A DNA stretch of 64,000 nucleotides from positions 416,001-480,000 of the forward strand of contig CM000429.1 of NCBI GenBank assembly GCA_000165345.1, given 5' to 3'. Position 1 is the first letter of the stretch. Each line of letters opens with the position of its first letter. Under the pieces are notes generated by a model. It saw only the letters and a program-made list of their open reading frames with translations. It ran no database searches and had not been told where the DNA came from. The position numbers and the translations under genes are program-made. Of the stretch, positions 40,062 to 50,574 are shown one piece after another.

Positions 40062-40664
40062 TTAACTCCACCATGAGATCATGCCAAGCCCATCATTTTG
40101 AACATTTCCAACAACGACCATTGATGACACACTGTTGTCATGAGACTGGTCATTAAATACGACACTTGAGACTTTAAATCTTATTGTAGAATCGATTAAA
40201 TAACACAATTTGTGATTTTCATAGTCCCAAGACCATATTTTTGTGTTGGAGTCTATTGATTTGGGTTCCCTTAAATCATTACAAGGAATTTTAATGTCAC
40301 TAAAAAATCCAAGGCTAACAGTTAATCCTGTTGAATCTGAATCAATGACTACCCCTTCAATTACTTCACCAACATATGGTCTAAATGATATCATTTTAAA
40401 TGTAACACAAAATAACAATCCTCCTTCATCATTATCAATATCTGCATGATCAACATCATCAAACCCTACGAAATAAATCATTAATCCTGCATTTTTCACA
40501 ACTTTATTTAAGTACTTATCATTTATTCGATTCCTCAAAATAACCAAAGGGTCGTTAATTCTCGGGTTTATATTTTGTATATCCTTTAAATGAATTTCAG
40601 AGAAGTGATTTAACTCGTTAGGGAAGACATTAATTTGATCATCAATTGTAATAACTCCAAACAT
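40062..40664 (-). CDS. RPC25: RNA polymerase III subunit Rpc25/RPC8 (Rpb7-like: N-terminal RNP domain plus S1/OB fold), 200 aa.
   Basis: ...FRPYVGEVIEGVVIDSDSTGLTVSLGFFSDIKIP...KIWSWDYENHKLCYLIDSTIRFKV...GLGMISWWS parallels human RPC8 ([34 protein letters not shown]...[26 protein letters not shown]...GLGLLSWWTS). The 200-aa size fits Rpc25 rather than the 172-aa Rpb7. Confidence 0.8.
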   Translation of the reverse strand: MFGVITIDDQINVFPNELNHFSEIHLKDIQNINPRINDPLVILRNRINDKYLNKVVKNAGLMIYFVGFDDVDHADIDNDEGGLLFCVTFKMISFRPYVGEVIEGVVIDSDSTGLTVSLGFFSDIKIPCNDLREPKSIDSNTKIWSWDYENHKLCYLIDSTIRFKVSSVVFNDQSHDNSVSSMVVVGNVQNDGLGMISWWS

Positions 40665-41283
40665 AGTGTAAAAGCAATTTATATTATTATATCACTATAA
40701 TCGTATGATTATATTATTTACTATTTACTTTTGGTTATATATTTTTCAATGTTTTTTTGTTTCAAACCTTTAAATTCTGAAAATTATTTAGAAATAACTA
40801 GCGCCTTTTTAAATATTAAAAAAATCGCTTTTTAGCGAAAATAATAAATGCATTGGATTATTGACGGGCACTATATCCAATTTTCCAGTTAATTATAAAC
40901 ATTTTTAGATACAATATATAAACTTCATTTCTAAAATAGTTTAACTTGCTTTCATATCTTTTTTCAGTTACATAAATTAAGTCATAGTAAACTAAAAATT
41001 AAGGTTCTCAAATTCTAAGACTACCCGTCATACCGGCATAATTCTTGTTTCACTGGCGTTAGATGAGTCTCTATACTCGATTAGAAACTTGCATAGTTAG
41101 CAACAATTATACACAGGGATTGATTAGTGACTATAAATTTAAAATATATTTGTAAATGCTTGCCAAGAAAACTTGACAAATAAAATACCAAGCTGCACAG
41201 AATTGGACAAATATCGCATTCTATTTAGAAATTATTCAGAAAATATTCTGATTTAGATATTATATAGCTCCTATTAGTCTCAT

Positions 41284-41940
41284 TTATGCTAATCTATTAA
41301 ATCTTTCATTTGTATTCTCTCTAGAAAAAGAACCAGTAGAGTCTATTGAAATACCGGCTGCCTGAAGTTGATTTCTGCATCCAAACTGAACCATAATACA
41401 AATCACTCCTAAGAATGCCATGTAAGTTCCTGCAAATAATTCTAAAAAGTTTATTCTAAAGATAGACATAGCCAATATACCGGAAAGCAAATAGAGAGTA
41501 CCTTTCCCTGCAGGAACAGTCAAAAACTTTGCCCATTCCAAACAGAAATCTCTGAAAGGTTTCAATTTTTCAATATCTTTTGATTCAACTATCATTACTA
41601 CAATACCAAGCCCAAATAAGACGGCTTCAAACAAATAGCTTCCGGGTGATAAAAACAATTGACTAATACTAAAAATTCCAAGTAATGAGGCAAGAGAAAG
41701 GAAAATACCACCAACGAAACATAGCGCTCTCAATGGCTTGGGCCCTTCCCCTATTATGTGTGAATTTTGCAGATAGTCCCTTCCACTTCCTAATAATTGA
41801 TTACCACAGTTTTGAATCGTAGTTGCAGCCTGCCTTCCATAGTCATTAACCATTGTATATGCCTAAAAATCGAGTATTTATAATCAAAATAATTTAATTA
41901 AACTTACCATTTGGTTTGTAGTGTTCGATTGATTATCCAT
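41284..41940 (-). CDS. Hypothetical 4-TM small membrane protein of about 200 aa. It has 2 exons, 41908..41940 and 41284..41862, separated by a 45-nt intron.
   Basis: Upstream ATG at 41940 reads MDNQSNTTNQM, followed by a GTAAGT donor (41907). The acceptor is TTTTTAG (AG 41863-41864). Exon 2 is in frame: AYTMVNDYGRQAATT... Four hydrophobic helices are arranged in two hairpins. No family assigned. Confidence 0.5.
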
Positions 41941-42428
41941 TATTTAATTAATTAATTTACATAAATTTTTATATATAACTCTGGCTTCAACAGGTATTAC
42001 GTTGCAGATATTCGTGATCAAAAAAAAATCACGGAAAAATGGCTTACAGTATAATTATATTAATTACACACTAACAAATTTGTATCACAACAACCTAATA
42101 CATGTCAATTCAAATATTAATTATAATTCCCCCATTGTTGATCTAAATCCAAATAGCACGTATTGCCTCAAGCGGGTTCATTTGTGGTTGGCGGTAATTC
42201 ACTAATTCCTTTATTTTTCTTGTAAATTGAAATTATCAAGTTAATTATATGTAATTTTAGACTTGATATGATACTGTCGTTCAATGATCCTTAATTCTAG
42301 AGATTTATTCCCCATTTATATCTACTTCCTTATTGATACTATATTTTTTTCTAATTTTTATGTTTTTTTTTCCCAAAACATAGCAATTGATTTTCCCTCA
42401 TTTCTCAATGTAAAACTAAATCGTCATT

Positions 42429-43922
42429 ATGAATAGCTTTGATCTCTTTCTGACAGACTTCGGCGTTTATCCTTGGTACGAGTTGGGGATGAATGAATAC
42501 AGGGGAGGACGGACTTTTGAAGATTGGATAAAATCCAAAGAAAATAGTCAGAATTGTTTCAAAAACTTTATTGAAAGTACATTTCACAATAACTTTTCGG
42601 ATTATGATGAGTCTGCAAATATTCAGGACAAGTTATTGAAGAGAAATGAACACCTCAAGTTTGTAAGAAGGATGAGAAAAACTGAATATCCAGAAAGCAG
42701 TATTGAAGGCGAATCAACAAGAATATTAATGATCTATTGGAGCATACACTCAGAAGAATTACTAACAAATGATAGTAGTAGATTATTGCTAGATTCGGAA
42801 GATGCTACTAATAATGAAGCATTTAATTCCAAAGCTGAAGAGATTCAACTTTTTGAAGATTCTTTTGACATTATAGCGACAATATTAAAATTCCAAGACG
42901 AGTCTGGTGGATTTGGTGGAAATTTTAGTCATATGCCCAACTTAGTTTCTACCTATTTAGCGGTTTCATCAATCATCATAACAGGAGATACCGAAGCTTT
43001 ACTAAAGATAGATAGATTTAAAATGTATCAGTTCTTCAAGAAATTGAGAGATTTTGAAACGGGTGGTTTCAAAATTCAGTTGGATGGAGAAGTTGATGTC
43101 AGAGCATTTTATTGCGTATCGGCCGTGGCAAGCATGCTGCAAATTGTTACTGAAGAATTGTTTTACGGTATTGAGGATTATATTTTAAATTGTAGCGGGT
43201 TTGATGGAGGTTACTCAGGGGATTTTGGTGGCGAGTCGCATGGAGGTTATACATATTGTGTTGTTTCTGGGCTTTGCATTTTAGGAAAGTCATCAATAAT
43301 AGATATAGACTCATTGCTATATTGGATAGTTCAGAGGCAATCTGGAATTGAAGGAGGTTTTCAGGGGAGAACAAATAAACTTGTTGATTCCTGTTATAGT
43401 TTTTGGTTTACAGGGTTATTATTTTGCATTGAAGAAATTTTGAGAATAAGGACATCTACAACAGAATCTTACATCCAAAGTTGTCTCTGTGATTTCCAAG
43501 CATTGGCATCATATATATTAATTTGTTGTCAACTTTCAGAAGGGGGATTAATTGACAAGCCAAAGAAACCAAGGGACTTGTACCATACTTGCTATGCATT
43601 AAGCGGGTTGTCACTTGCACAAAGGATGAACTCAATCTATAGAATATCTAATAAACAAAGTCCGCCTCCTTTTTTTGAATGTCAAGTTTTTGATGATAAA
43701 TATGTAGACAAATGCACCTCATACACCCCTTTTTACTCAATATCAATCAGCGAGGAGAACTCAATTAATACAACTGACCCATTTCTAAATATTAGGACTG
43801 ATAAAATACGAAAGTCTAGACTAATTCTAAATAGACATCCTTTAGTGCTCACAATAAATGGATGTATAGGAACAGAAGGAATTGGTTATAAAGAATACAT
43901 AGAAAATGCAAATGCCATATGA
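42429..43922 (+). CDS. Protein prenyltransferase beta subunit (farnesyltransferase / geranylgeranyltransferase-I beta), 497 aa.
   Basis: There are five prenyltransferase alpha-alpha toroid repeats with GGFGG-type motifs (ESGGFGGNFSHMPNLVSTYLAVSS; ETGGFKIQLDGEVDVRAFYCVSAV; GFDGGYSGDFGGESHGGYTYCVVSGL; QSGIEGGFQGRTNKLVDSCYSFWFTG; SEGGLIDKPKKPRDLYHTCYALSGLSLAQ). The N-terminus reads ILMIYWSIHSEELL. Confidence 0.85.
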   Translation: MNSFDLFLTDFGVYPWYELGMNEYRGGRTFEDWIKSKENSQNCFKNFIESTFHNNFSDYDESANIQDKLLKRNEHLKFVRRMRKTEYPESSIEGESTRILMIYWSIHSEELLTNDSSRLLLDSEDATNNEAFNSKAEEIQLFEDSFDIIATILKFQDESGGFGGNFSHMPNLVSTYLAVSSIIITGDTEALLKIDRFKMYQFFKKLRDFETGGFKIQLDGEVDVRAFYCVSAVASMLQIVTEELFYGIEDYILNCSGFDGGYSGDFGGESHGGYTYCVVSGLCILGKSSIIDIDSLLYWIVQRQSGIEGGFQGRTNKLVDSCYSFWFTGLLFCIEEILRIRTSTTESYIQSCLCDFQALASYILICCQLSEGGLIDKPKKPRDLYHTCYALSGLSLAQRMNSIYRISNKQSPPPFFECQVFDDKYVDKCTSYTPFYSISISEENSINTTDPFLNIRTDKIRKSRLILNRHPLVLTINGCIGTEGIGYKEYIENANAI

Positions 43923-44040
43923 GCTCTGCAAACTTTCATTCATTGCGCGACTAAGAATCAAAACTTCAAGTTAGATTTATAAAAACTAAACCGCTTTGCG
44001 GTAGCCAATTTAATAAATATTTAACTAGATAAATTAAATA

Positions 44041-45017
44041 ATGGCTTGTAGCAAATACGAGTATATTAAAACATACGAACAACCTAGTAGAATCGTAAAG
44101 AATTGTTGGTTCGTGGTTAGAATTGATGGCCACAGTTTTCACGAGTAAGTATAAGTCGTGTTTAAATTACAATAATTTCTTTAGGTTTACTAAAGATCAC
44201 GAGTTTCATAAACCAAATGACAAACGAGGACTAGACCTAATGAGTCGTTGCGCCGAAAATGTTATGAAGAACTTAGGTGACATTGTGATTTCATACGGTC
44301 AGTCGGATGAATTTAGGTAAGTTATTTGTAACGTTAAAATTTTCATTTTAATTTAAATGAAGCTTTGTTTTTAGGAGGAAAACAGATTTATGGAGTAGAA
44401 AAAATGATAAGATATTAACTCATGTCGTATCTTTGTTCACGTCTTCGTTTATTTTTTTTTGGGATAGTTTTTTTCCAGGAAAAAAGCTCTTGTACCCTCC
44501 AACTTTTGATGGAAGAATAATTATGTATCCGACTGATGAAGACATTAGAACATATCTTTCATGGAGACAAGCTGATTGCCACATAAATAATCTCTATAAT
44601 ACATGCTTTTGGTCTCTAGTGTCTATCAATAAATTGAATGAGAGAGAAGCAACGGAAAAGCTTAAATTTACAGATTCGTCCTACAAAAATGAACTACTAT
44701 TTAAGGAATTTGGAATAAATTACAACAATATTTCTCCACAATTTAGGAAAGGAACAACGATTTATAAGGCTAGGCCGAAAGAAAAGAAATCTAGGGATGA
44801 ATATTTATTGTTAAAAAATAATGATATTTTATTATTTGACAAGTGTAAAGAAGCGACAATTGAAACTGATCACAGAGATTATACTGAATTAGATAAACCG
44901 TTAAATCCAATATGGAAAATAGACGATGAAATGGTTATTATTAGCTGTATTTATAAGTGCCATTGTGACATAATTCAAGATAAATTTTGGCATGAAAATG
45001 ATCATCTTTTAAAATAG
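44041..45017 (+). CDS. THG1: tRNA-His guanylyltransferase Thg1. It has 3 exons, 44041..44144, 44185..44316 and about 44375..45017.
   Basis: Exon 1 reads MACSKYEYIKTYEQPSRIVKNCWFVVRIDGHSFH(E), matching human THG1L (SKFEYVRDFE...VVRLDGRNFH). Its donor is GA|GTAAGT (44145). The acceptor is TTCTTTAG (44183-44184). Exon 2 reads FTKDHEFHKPNDKRGLDLMSRCAENVMKNLGDIVISYGQSDEF, matching [42 protein letters not shown]. Its donor is AG|GTAAGT (44317). The acceptor is TTTTTAG (44373-44374). Exon 3 reads RKTDLWSRKNDKILTHVVSLFTSSFIFFWDSFFPGKKLLYPPTFDGRIIMYP...WRQADCHINNLYNTCFWSLV... The last stretch is identical to the THG1L block WRQADCHINNLYNT. Track ORFs 44123..44320 and 44433..45017 are the TTG-initiated exon fragments. 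The exon 3 start is +/-1 nt (see findings). Confidence 0.65.
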
Positions 45018-45046
45018 CAGTAGAAAAAAAAAGCTAATTACCATAC

Positions 45047-45056
45047 CGCTAGCGCC
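45047..45056. promoter_or_regulatory. CGCTAGCGCC palindromic-core motif between the Thg1 3' end and the Utp14 5' end.
   Basis: ACCGCTAGCGCCTTAA shares the core with the 7087 palindrome. It lies about 180 bp upstream of the Utp14 ATG. Confidence 0.35.
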
Positions 45057-45234
45057 TTAAGAAAACGTTCTAGTCTTTATTTGCTTTTTTTTAGAATTTA
45101 TACAGGTATTAAAAAATATCTTTATGAGATAATTCAAACAACGTTATGGATACCTTCTATACTCAAACCACGAATATTTATAGTTTTAATACTTGCTAAG
45201 ATATATACATCTTGTTTTGCTTTAAAGTTTCACT

Positions 45235-47328
45235 ATGAATCTCTTGAATGGGAAAAAAAAGGATGGTTCAAATGATCATGGAAGTACTATTGAGTATGAT
45301 AAATTAATAAATAATGTTTCTAACATAGTTTCTGAATCTCAATACTACAGAAAGGGCAATATGGGCAACTCGAACAGTTTTAATAATGAATTTACGAGCT
45401 CTAATTTTAATGAGAGTTCTGAATCTTCTGGTAAGGTTTGGAGCAAAGAAAAGATAAATATGAAAGCTACTATTGGCAACTTAATGGAGAACTTATCTGG
45501 GTCTGTTAAAACCAGGGAGGCTATTAACCAAATAAAGATGCTAGATACCAAACATAAAACTAAGAGTGAGATGACAGAATTTCTTCCACCTAATAAACTG
45601 TATAAATTAGAAAGAAAAACACAATATGATTTAACACAAAAAGAAATGAAACACTGGGGAGCAACTATTGAGCGGATAAATCGACAGGAAATCATTTCTT
45701 ATGGAGAACCTGAAAAGATGGATATTGTTTCAACTGGACAATTAGCAACTAATTACCAGCCTTTGGATGAATTTGAGCAAGAGTTTGATAACATATTAAA
45801 AGAGATGAATAGAGATGACCCAAAAAATGCTGAGATATTGGGACACTGTGATATTTCTCCCTGCAGTAAAATCAAAGATCAATCAGAAAAAAGTTTCATG
45901 AAAAAACTTAAATTCATTTTATTTCAACAGCAGAGAGAAAACAAAAGGTTAAAGAAGATTAAATCAAAGACTTGGAGAAAGAACCGTAGAAAACAAATGC
46001 AAATTGAGGAAGAAAAGTTGCTAAGTTTAGGAGAGGTTGAATATCCAGAATTAGTTAAAAAGATCAGGGAAAGGTATGAAGAGAAGAGAGCCAAGATAAG
46101 ATTAATGAGAAGACAAACTGCAAGGCAAAAATGGGCTAAGATGGCATTAAGATTTGGCGGAAATGAGTTACAAAAGAATATTTCGGATCAAGCTCAAAAA
46201 CAACATGAAGAAAAAAAAAGAATTGAGCAAATAATTCAAAATGTTTCAAAAAATCTTGATGAAGGAAGTGAACTCAGTGACTCCGATAATGAAACAGAAT
46301 CAAATTCACACTTCATTGAAAAATCTCGGAAAAATATTAATGAATTAAGGAATTCATCCAACAGCCTATTTGATTTGAAATTTATTCAGCGTGGTATTGA
46401 ATATAATAACGATCTATTAGACCTTGAATTAAACCAACTTGATCAAGAAAATGTTCAAGACAAAATTTTGATTAATAAACCGGAAGGGCATTTATCTAAC
46501 AATGTTTCAGATGGAATTATTCAGTTATCTAGACCTTCAGTAAATGAAGTAATGGAAACGAAGAATCAGATTCAAAGAGTTTCGAATTATAATCAAGATA
46601 TTATTGGGATTAATTTCAAAGATAACAACTTGAATAATCAGCTTGCATCAAATATGAACGATTCAAATGGTCTGAAATCTAAAATGAATGAAAAGAATTT
46701 AGATTCGATGACAAAAAATGTTGAAAAAAAGAGGAAAATATATTTGAATATTGAAGATGAACTTGAGAGAATGGCTAATATAGATATTGTAGAAAATCAA
46801 GAATATGCTCAAGCAAATAGTGAGTTATTAAAACATATTTTTATTGAAGGGAGCCCCGATCACATACCTAATAGCGTTGATATTGATAATTCATCCGAGC
46901 CAAAGAATACTATTAGATCTTCGAATAATAAGTCGGTACCTGGTTGGGGTAATTGGTGTTCATCCGTATCTAGAATTATGGACTTAAATATTCGAGAAAA
47001 AGAAGATTCGTCAGGGAAAGTAAAAAAATTAATTAATTCTAACAGATCAATTGATAAAAAAGTGAAAAAATATTGTGTTAATCAGGTACCTCATCCTTAT
47101 ACCTCAAGCGATTTATATGAAAGTACCTTTGGGCATCCAATCGGGCCTGAATGGAACACTACCGCGATACATAACAAACTTATCCAGCCAAAGATACAAA
47201 CAAGAATTGGAGCAGTAATTAAGCCTCTAGTATATTCAAAGCATCTAAAGAATATTCAAATTTCAGATTCCTTTTTAGAAAAATGGAACTTAACAAAAAA
47301 ATGTAATAGAGCCAAGGCAAGGTTTTAA
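45235..47328 (+). CDS. UTP14: U3 snoRNP / SSU processome protein Utp14, 697 aa.
   Basis: The basic central block KSKTWRKNRRKQMQIEEEKLL, the C-terminal NKSVPGWGNWCSS (Utp14 xxPGWGSWxG motif) and the final HPYTSSDLYESTFGHPIGPEWNT (Utp14 HPYTSxExYERSLRxPxGxEWNT) are diagnostic. Antisense ORF 45345..45695 rejected. Confidence 0.7.
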   Translation: MNLLNGKKKDGSNDHGSTIEYDKLINNVSNIVSESQYYRKGNMGNSNSFNNEFTSSNFNESSESSGKVWSKEKINMKATIGNLMENLSGSVKTREAINQIKMLDTKHKTKSEMTEFLPPNKLYKLERKTQYDLTQKEMKHWGATIERINRQEIISYGEPEKMDIVSTGQLATNYQPLDEFEQEFDNILKEMNRDDPKNAEILGHCDISPCSKIKDQSEKSFMKKLKFILFQQQRENKRLKKIKSKTWRKNRRKQMQIEEEKLLSLGEVEYPELVKKIRERYEEKRAKIRLMRRQTARQKWAKMALRFGGNELQKNISDQAQKQHEEKKRIEQIIQNVSKNLDEGSELSDSDNETESNSHFIEKSRKNINELRNSSNSLFDLKFIQRGIEYNNDLLDLELNQLDQENVQDKILINKPEGHLSNNVSDGIIQLSRPSVNEVMETKNQIQRVSNYNQDIIGINFKDNNLNNQLASNMNDSNGLKSKMNEKNLDSMTKNVEKKRKIYLNIEDELERMANIDIVENQEYAQANSELLKHIFIEGSPDHIPNSVDIDNSSEPKNTIRSSNNKSVPGWGNWCSSVSRIMDLNIREKEDSSGKVKKLINSNRSIDKKVKKYCVNQVPHPYTSSDLYESTFGHPIGPEWNTTAIHNKLIQPKIQTRIGAVIKPLVYSKHLKNIQISDSFLEKWNLTKKCNRAKARF

Positions 47329-47384
47329 TATATGAATTGAGATTTACTTAAAGCCTATTTCTACTTATACTAATAATTTTCAGT

Positions 47385-49283
47385 TTATACATCGTATTTA
47401 CTACTATCTTCAAGTGAAAAAAAGCCTTTTGAGGTAGTTTTAGTATTTTTTTCCTGGCTTTCTTTTATAATATTGAGGTTTGTTTTGAAATCTTTCATTT
47501 CTTGTAAGTCGTTTAGAACCGCCCTAAGAAGTTTTTCTCTATCATCTTTCAATTGCTGAACTCTTTGGTCTTGAGTCTTCTTCAATTCTTCGAGGGTTTT
47601 TCTAATATTACCATACGTACTTTGATCAATTTCAAGTTCATTCAGAGAGCCCTTCGTAATGGGTGAAGAGGGATATTCATTAAAATTATCGCTTAGGGGT
47701 GTAGCGGAATAATTATTCACTGTTTGGTCCTTTGCTGGCTCAACTATACTCTTGGAGTGGGATGAAGGACTCACCAAGTTTTTAATACTAGGCTCATTTA
47801 TTGGAAAAGAATTGTAGTTGGAGATTCTGGTTGGTTCTTCGCATTCTATCTGATTTTGTATTATTGAATTATTCTCAAGGCTTTGAGAGTCATAGCTTAT
47901 ATTATTACTTCCATGAAACATTGAATTTTTCATTTTACTCGAGTTGAACATTTCAACACTAGAAATAAATGAGTCATTTGGGGTTTGAACTTTATTATGA
48001 GATGACAAAATGTTTGAAGAGTAGGTATTTGGATAAACCATAGGGTTCGAAAGGCTATTCAAAACTGAATCACGAGGATTTAAATCATATCTGCGATTAG
48101 AAACATTGTAGGAAAGCCCAAGAGGAAATGAATTTGCATGACTATTTAATCCAGGATTGATTGTAACTGAATCTAAGGAGCGAATTCGTGCAGCAGGGTC
48201 GTATCTAACTCCATTATTAGATGTTTGATAGAAGCTGCTGTTTGAATGATGACTATTCGATGTATTCCTGTTTATTTCAGGTACAGGATACTTAATTAGG
48301 TGTTCTGATTGTGGTCTACTGTGTTTAATTACAATATTTGGATCGCTCTTTTGGTTATTTAATAGTTGGCTTCTATTATATGTGTTAGTAAAACTAGCTC
48401 TAGGCGTTTCTGATTGTCGAGAATATTCATTGTACTGAAGATGGTTAATATTACTGTAAATTTGCGGATATGCGTTTATATTTTGATTATGAATATTTAA
48501 ATCATTAGAAAAGTTTGAGCTAGATGGCCTAGATAGTTTGTAGGTAGAGGGCGATTGAGCTTCAGATACATTTCGACGAAAATTACTATTATTGGTATTG
48601 CCTTTGTAATTTCCTAGTATATTATCGTCAAAGTGTAAACTATCCTCCATGAATTGATTCATATCATCTCCATTAATATTTCGGAACTGCTCAGTTTCCT
48701 GACTGATCTTCGTTTGATGATTATTACTTAATGACTCGAGCAGCTTGCTTGAAACATCAGACAGAGAATTTTTTGCGTTGTGCAACTCTTTTTGTGTTTC
48801 ATCCCATCTTTTCTGGAATGTATCATTTAATTCAACTATGTGCAATTTTAATTTGTTGATTTCTTCTTGTTGTTTTGGACAATGGCTGCATGGAGAATTT
48901 GCGCCCTTGACACTGTTATGGAATAAATTAATTCCTTCTCCTCGCTCTAAAAAACTTATTTTTTTTTCTAAGCTTCTCACAACTCCTCGTGCCTTCTGTA
49001 ATTCAGTCATAAGGTCTACATTTCTTCTTAATGTTTCTTTTAATCTCTGGGCTGTTTCTATTTGTTTTAGCCTTAATATGTGTAATTCTGATACCTCTTT
49101 CAGATCTTTACCAGTTTTATCGAATACAAACCCATTAATTGGTTTAAAGTGGTTTCCTGTGCTTGCACTTTTTAATTGTATTCCTCTTGAAATCGACAAA
49201 TCTTTCTCTGCCTCTCTGATTTTTAAAGACAAATCGGAGATCTTCGAACTTTTACCAATGTTTTTTTGGCAGTTCTCTGGCAT
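47385..49283 (-). CDS. Hypothetical 632-aa protein. It has an N-terminal coiled-coil with a CSHC motif, followed by an extended N/S/P/Y-rich low-complexity region.
   Basis: Long ATG ORF. Residues about 250-520 are dominated by N, S, P, Y and Q. The C-terminal 80 aa are again helical/charged. Plus-strand ORF 48745..49368 is antisense. Confidence 0.55.
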   Translation of the reverse strand: MPENCQKNIGKSSKISDLSLKIREAEKDLSISRGIQLKSASTGNHFKPINGFVFDKTGKDLKEVSELHILRLKQIETAQRLKETLRRNVDLMTELQKARGVVRSLEKKISFLERGEGINLFHNSVKGANSPCSHCPKQQEEINKLKLHIVELNDTFQKRWDETQKELHNAKNSLSDVSSKLLESLSNNHQTKISQETEQFRNINGDDMNQFMEDSLHFDDNILGNYKGNTNNSNFRRNVSEAQSPSTYKLSRPSSSNFSNDLNIHNQNINAYPQIYSNINHLQYNEYSRQSETPRASFTNTYNRSQLLNNQKSDPNIVIKHSRPQSEHLIKYPVPEINRNTSNSHHSNSSFYQTSNNGVRYDPAARIRSLDSVTINPGLNSHANSFPLGLSYNVSNRRYDLNPRDSVLNSLSNPMVYPNTYSSNILSSHNKVQTPNDSFISSVEMFNSSKMKNSMFHGSNNISYDSQSLENNSIIQNQIECEEPTRISNYNSFPINEPSIKNLVSPSSHSKSIVEPAKDQTVNNYSATPLSDNFNEYPSSPITKGSLNELEIDQSTYGNIRKTLEELKKTQDQRVQQLKDDREKLLRAVLNDLQEMKDFKTNLNIIKESQEKNTKTTSKGFFSLEDSSKYDV

Positions 49284-49672
49284 CTCTCACTGTTTAAAAA
49301 ATCATAAATATAATAAAAGATTATGTTCATACATATATCTTCCAAATAGCTTATATAAGTATAAATAAGTATTTACACTTATATTTTTTCTTTTGCAAAT
49401 TGTTGAATGCTTTGCAAAATATACAGTTTACATTTTCAATTGCTTGTGGGGAAACAAAATTCCTATCTAATTTTTGAATGCAATCCCGCTTATATAACGT
49501 TAATTTTTTTTTAAAGTCAAAATCAATAATAATTAATGAGTAATTTTTAAGCAATGAATATTCTTGAGCTATTAAATTGTCGTTTTAATCTTAGAAGTTG
49601 TTCCTTTAACATTTATTATTTAGTTTACTTGCTGAAATCTAAGGATTAGTAAGTTTGAATGGTTCCAATTCT

Positions 49673-50293
49673 TTACTTGCTATTTTTAGCTACTGAGTAG
49701 TATATTACATATGCGCTAATGACTGAAAGCGTAGTTGCAACCATCAAAAAAGTAATTGTAAATGTAGTTGCCATTGAATAATCTTCTTCAATCTTTTTTA
49801 ATTTAAACTCTTGCATTGAGCTTACGTTTTGTACAGTTGGAGAATTCCTCAACAATATATTCGATGCAATGTGAGCTTCTCCTCCCAGCTTATCTTCTCG
49901 GCATTGCATTAAAAATTGGAGAATATTTCCTCGATTTACAATTCTATTTGTCCTATCATTTTTTGGGAATTCGAACAGTATTCCAGTAAGTCCTGTTAAA
50001 TGCTCATATTCAAGTATTCGAATGAAAATTGGTGGCTGCGGTGGAGGGATTCCTCTATTAATACATAAAGTTAGTATTTCTCTAAAGAGCTTTTGATCTG
50101 TAACATCTTCAAAAAGAGGTGCCCATAAGGATATTTTTAGCCTAACAAATATCCCAATAGTCCAAGAATTTGTTATGAACGGAGAATTCTCAAACGAAGG
50201 ATAAAGATGTATTTGGTTTGGCCCAATTAACGAACTTAAATTCAACACAATCTTTGATAATATTAACGCAATAAATAACTTTATCATTTTCAT
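49673..50293 (-). CDS. Hypothetical 206-aa protein with an N-terminal hydrophobic signal-like segment and a C-terminal TM anchor. No family assigned.
   Basis: The N-terminus is MKMIKLFIALILSKIVLNLSS. A PPPQPP motif lies mid-protein. The C-terminus is MATTFTITFLMVATTLSVISAYVIYYSV. Confidence 0.4.
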   Translation of the reverse strand: MKMIKLFIALILSKIVLNLSSLIGPNQIHLYPSFENSPFITNSWTIGIFVRLKISLWAPLFEDVTDQKLFREILTLCINRGIPPPQPPIFIRILEYEHLTGLTGILFEFPKNDRTNRIVNRGNILQFLMQCREDKLGGEAHIASNILLRNSPTVQNVSSMQEFKLKKIEEDYSMATTFTITFLMVATTLSVISAYVIYYSVAKNSK

Positions 50294-50574
50294 CAGGAAA
50301 GATAGTCATAGCTAACTTCATTCCTAATAATAATAATAAATATTCTATATTTCTAATCATTAATTTTTCTTAGTTTCTAACTATGTTCGAAAACGCGTAT
50401 AACGAATCTTGAGATTATAACAAAAAAATTCGGTTTTTTTTTTAAATGAAATTTGTTATAAAATTACCTAATTCCAAAACTAGAACAAAACCAACCAAAG
50501 AAGTATTCGTGATATTTTAAAATGATTAAATAACAATCTAACCAATTAATTTTTTTTTAATAAAGAATATATGA

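Noticed and set aside
45081-45275. 64-aa ORF just upstream of Utp14
   Set aside because: It overlaps the Utp14 start in another frame and is likely 5' UTR.
49673-50293. UBC6-type tail-anchored E2 hypothesis for this ORF
   Set aside because: Proline-rich PPPQPP and a C-terminal TM first suggested Ubc6. However, the order of elements does not fit the UBC fold and there is no HPN motif or catalytic Cys context. Left as a hypothetical membrane protein.
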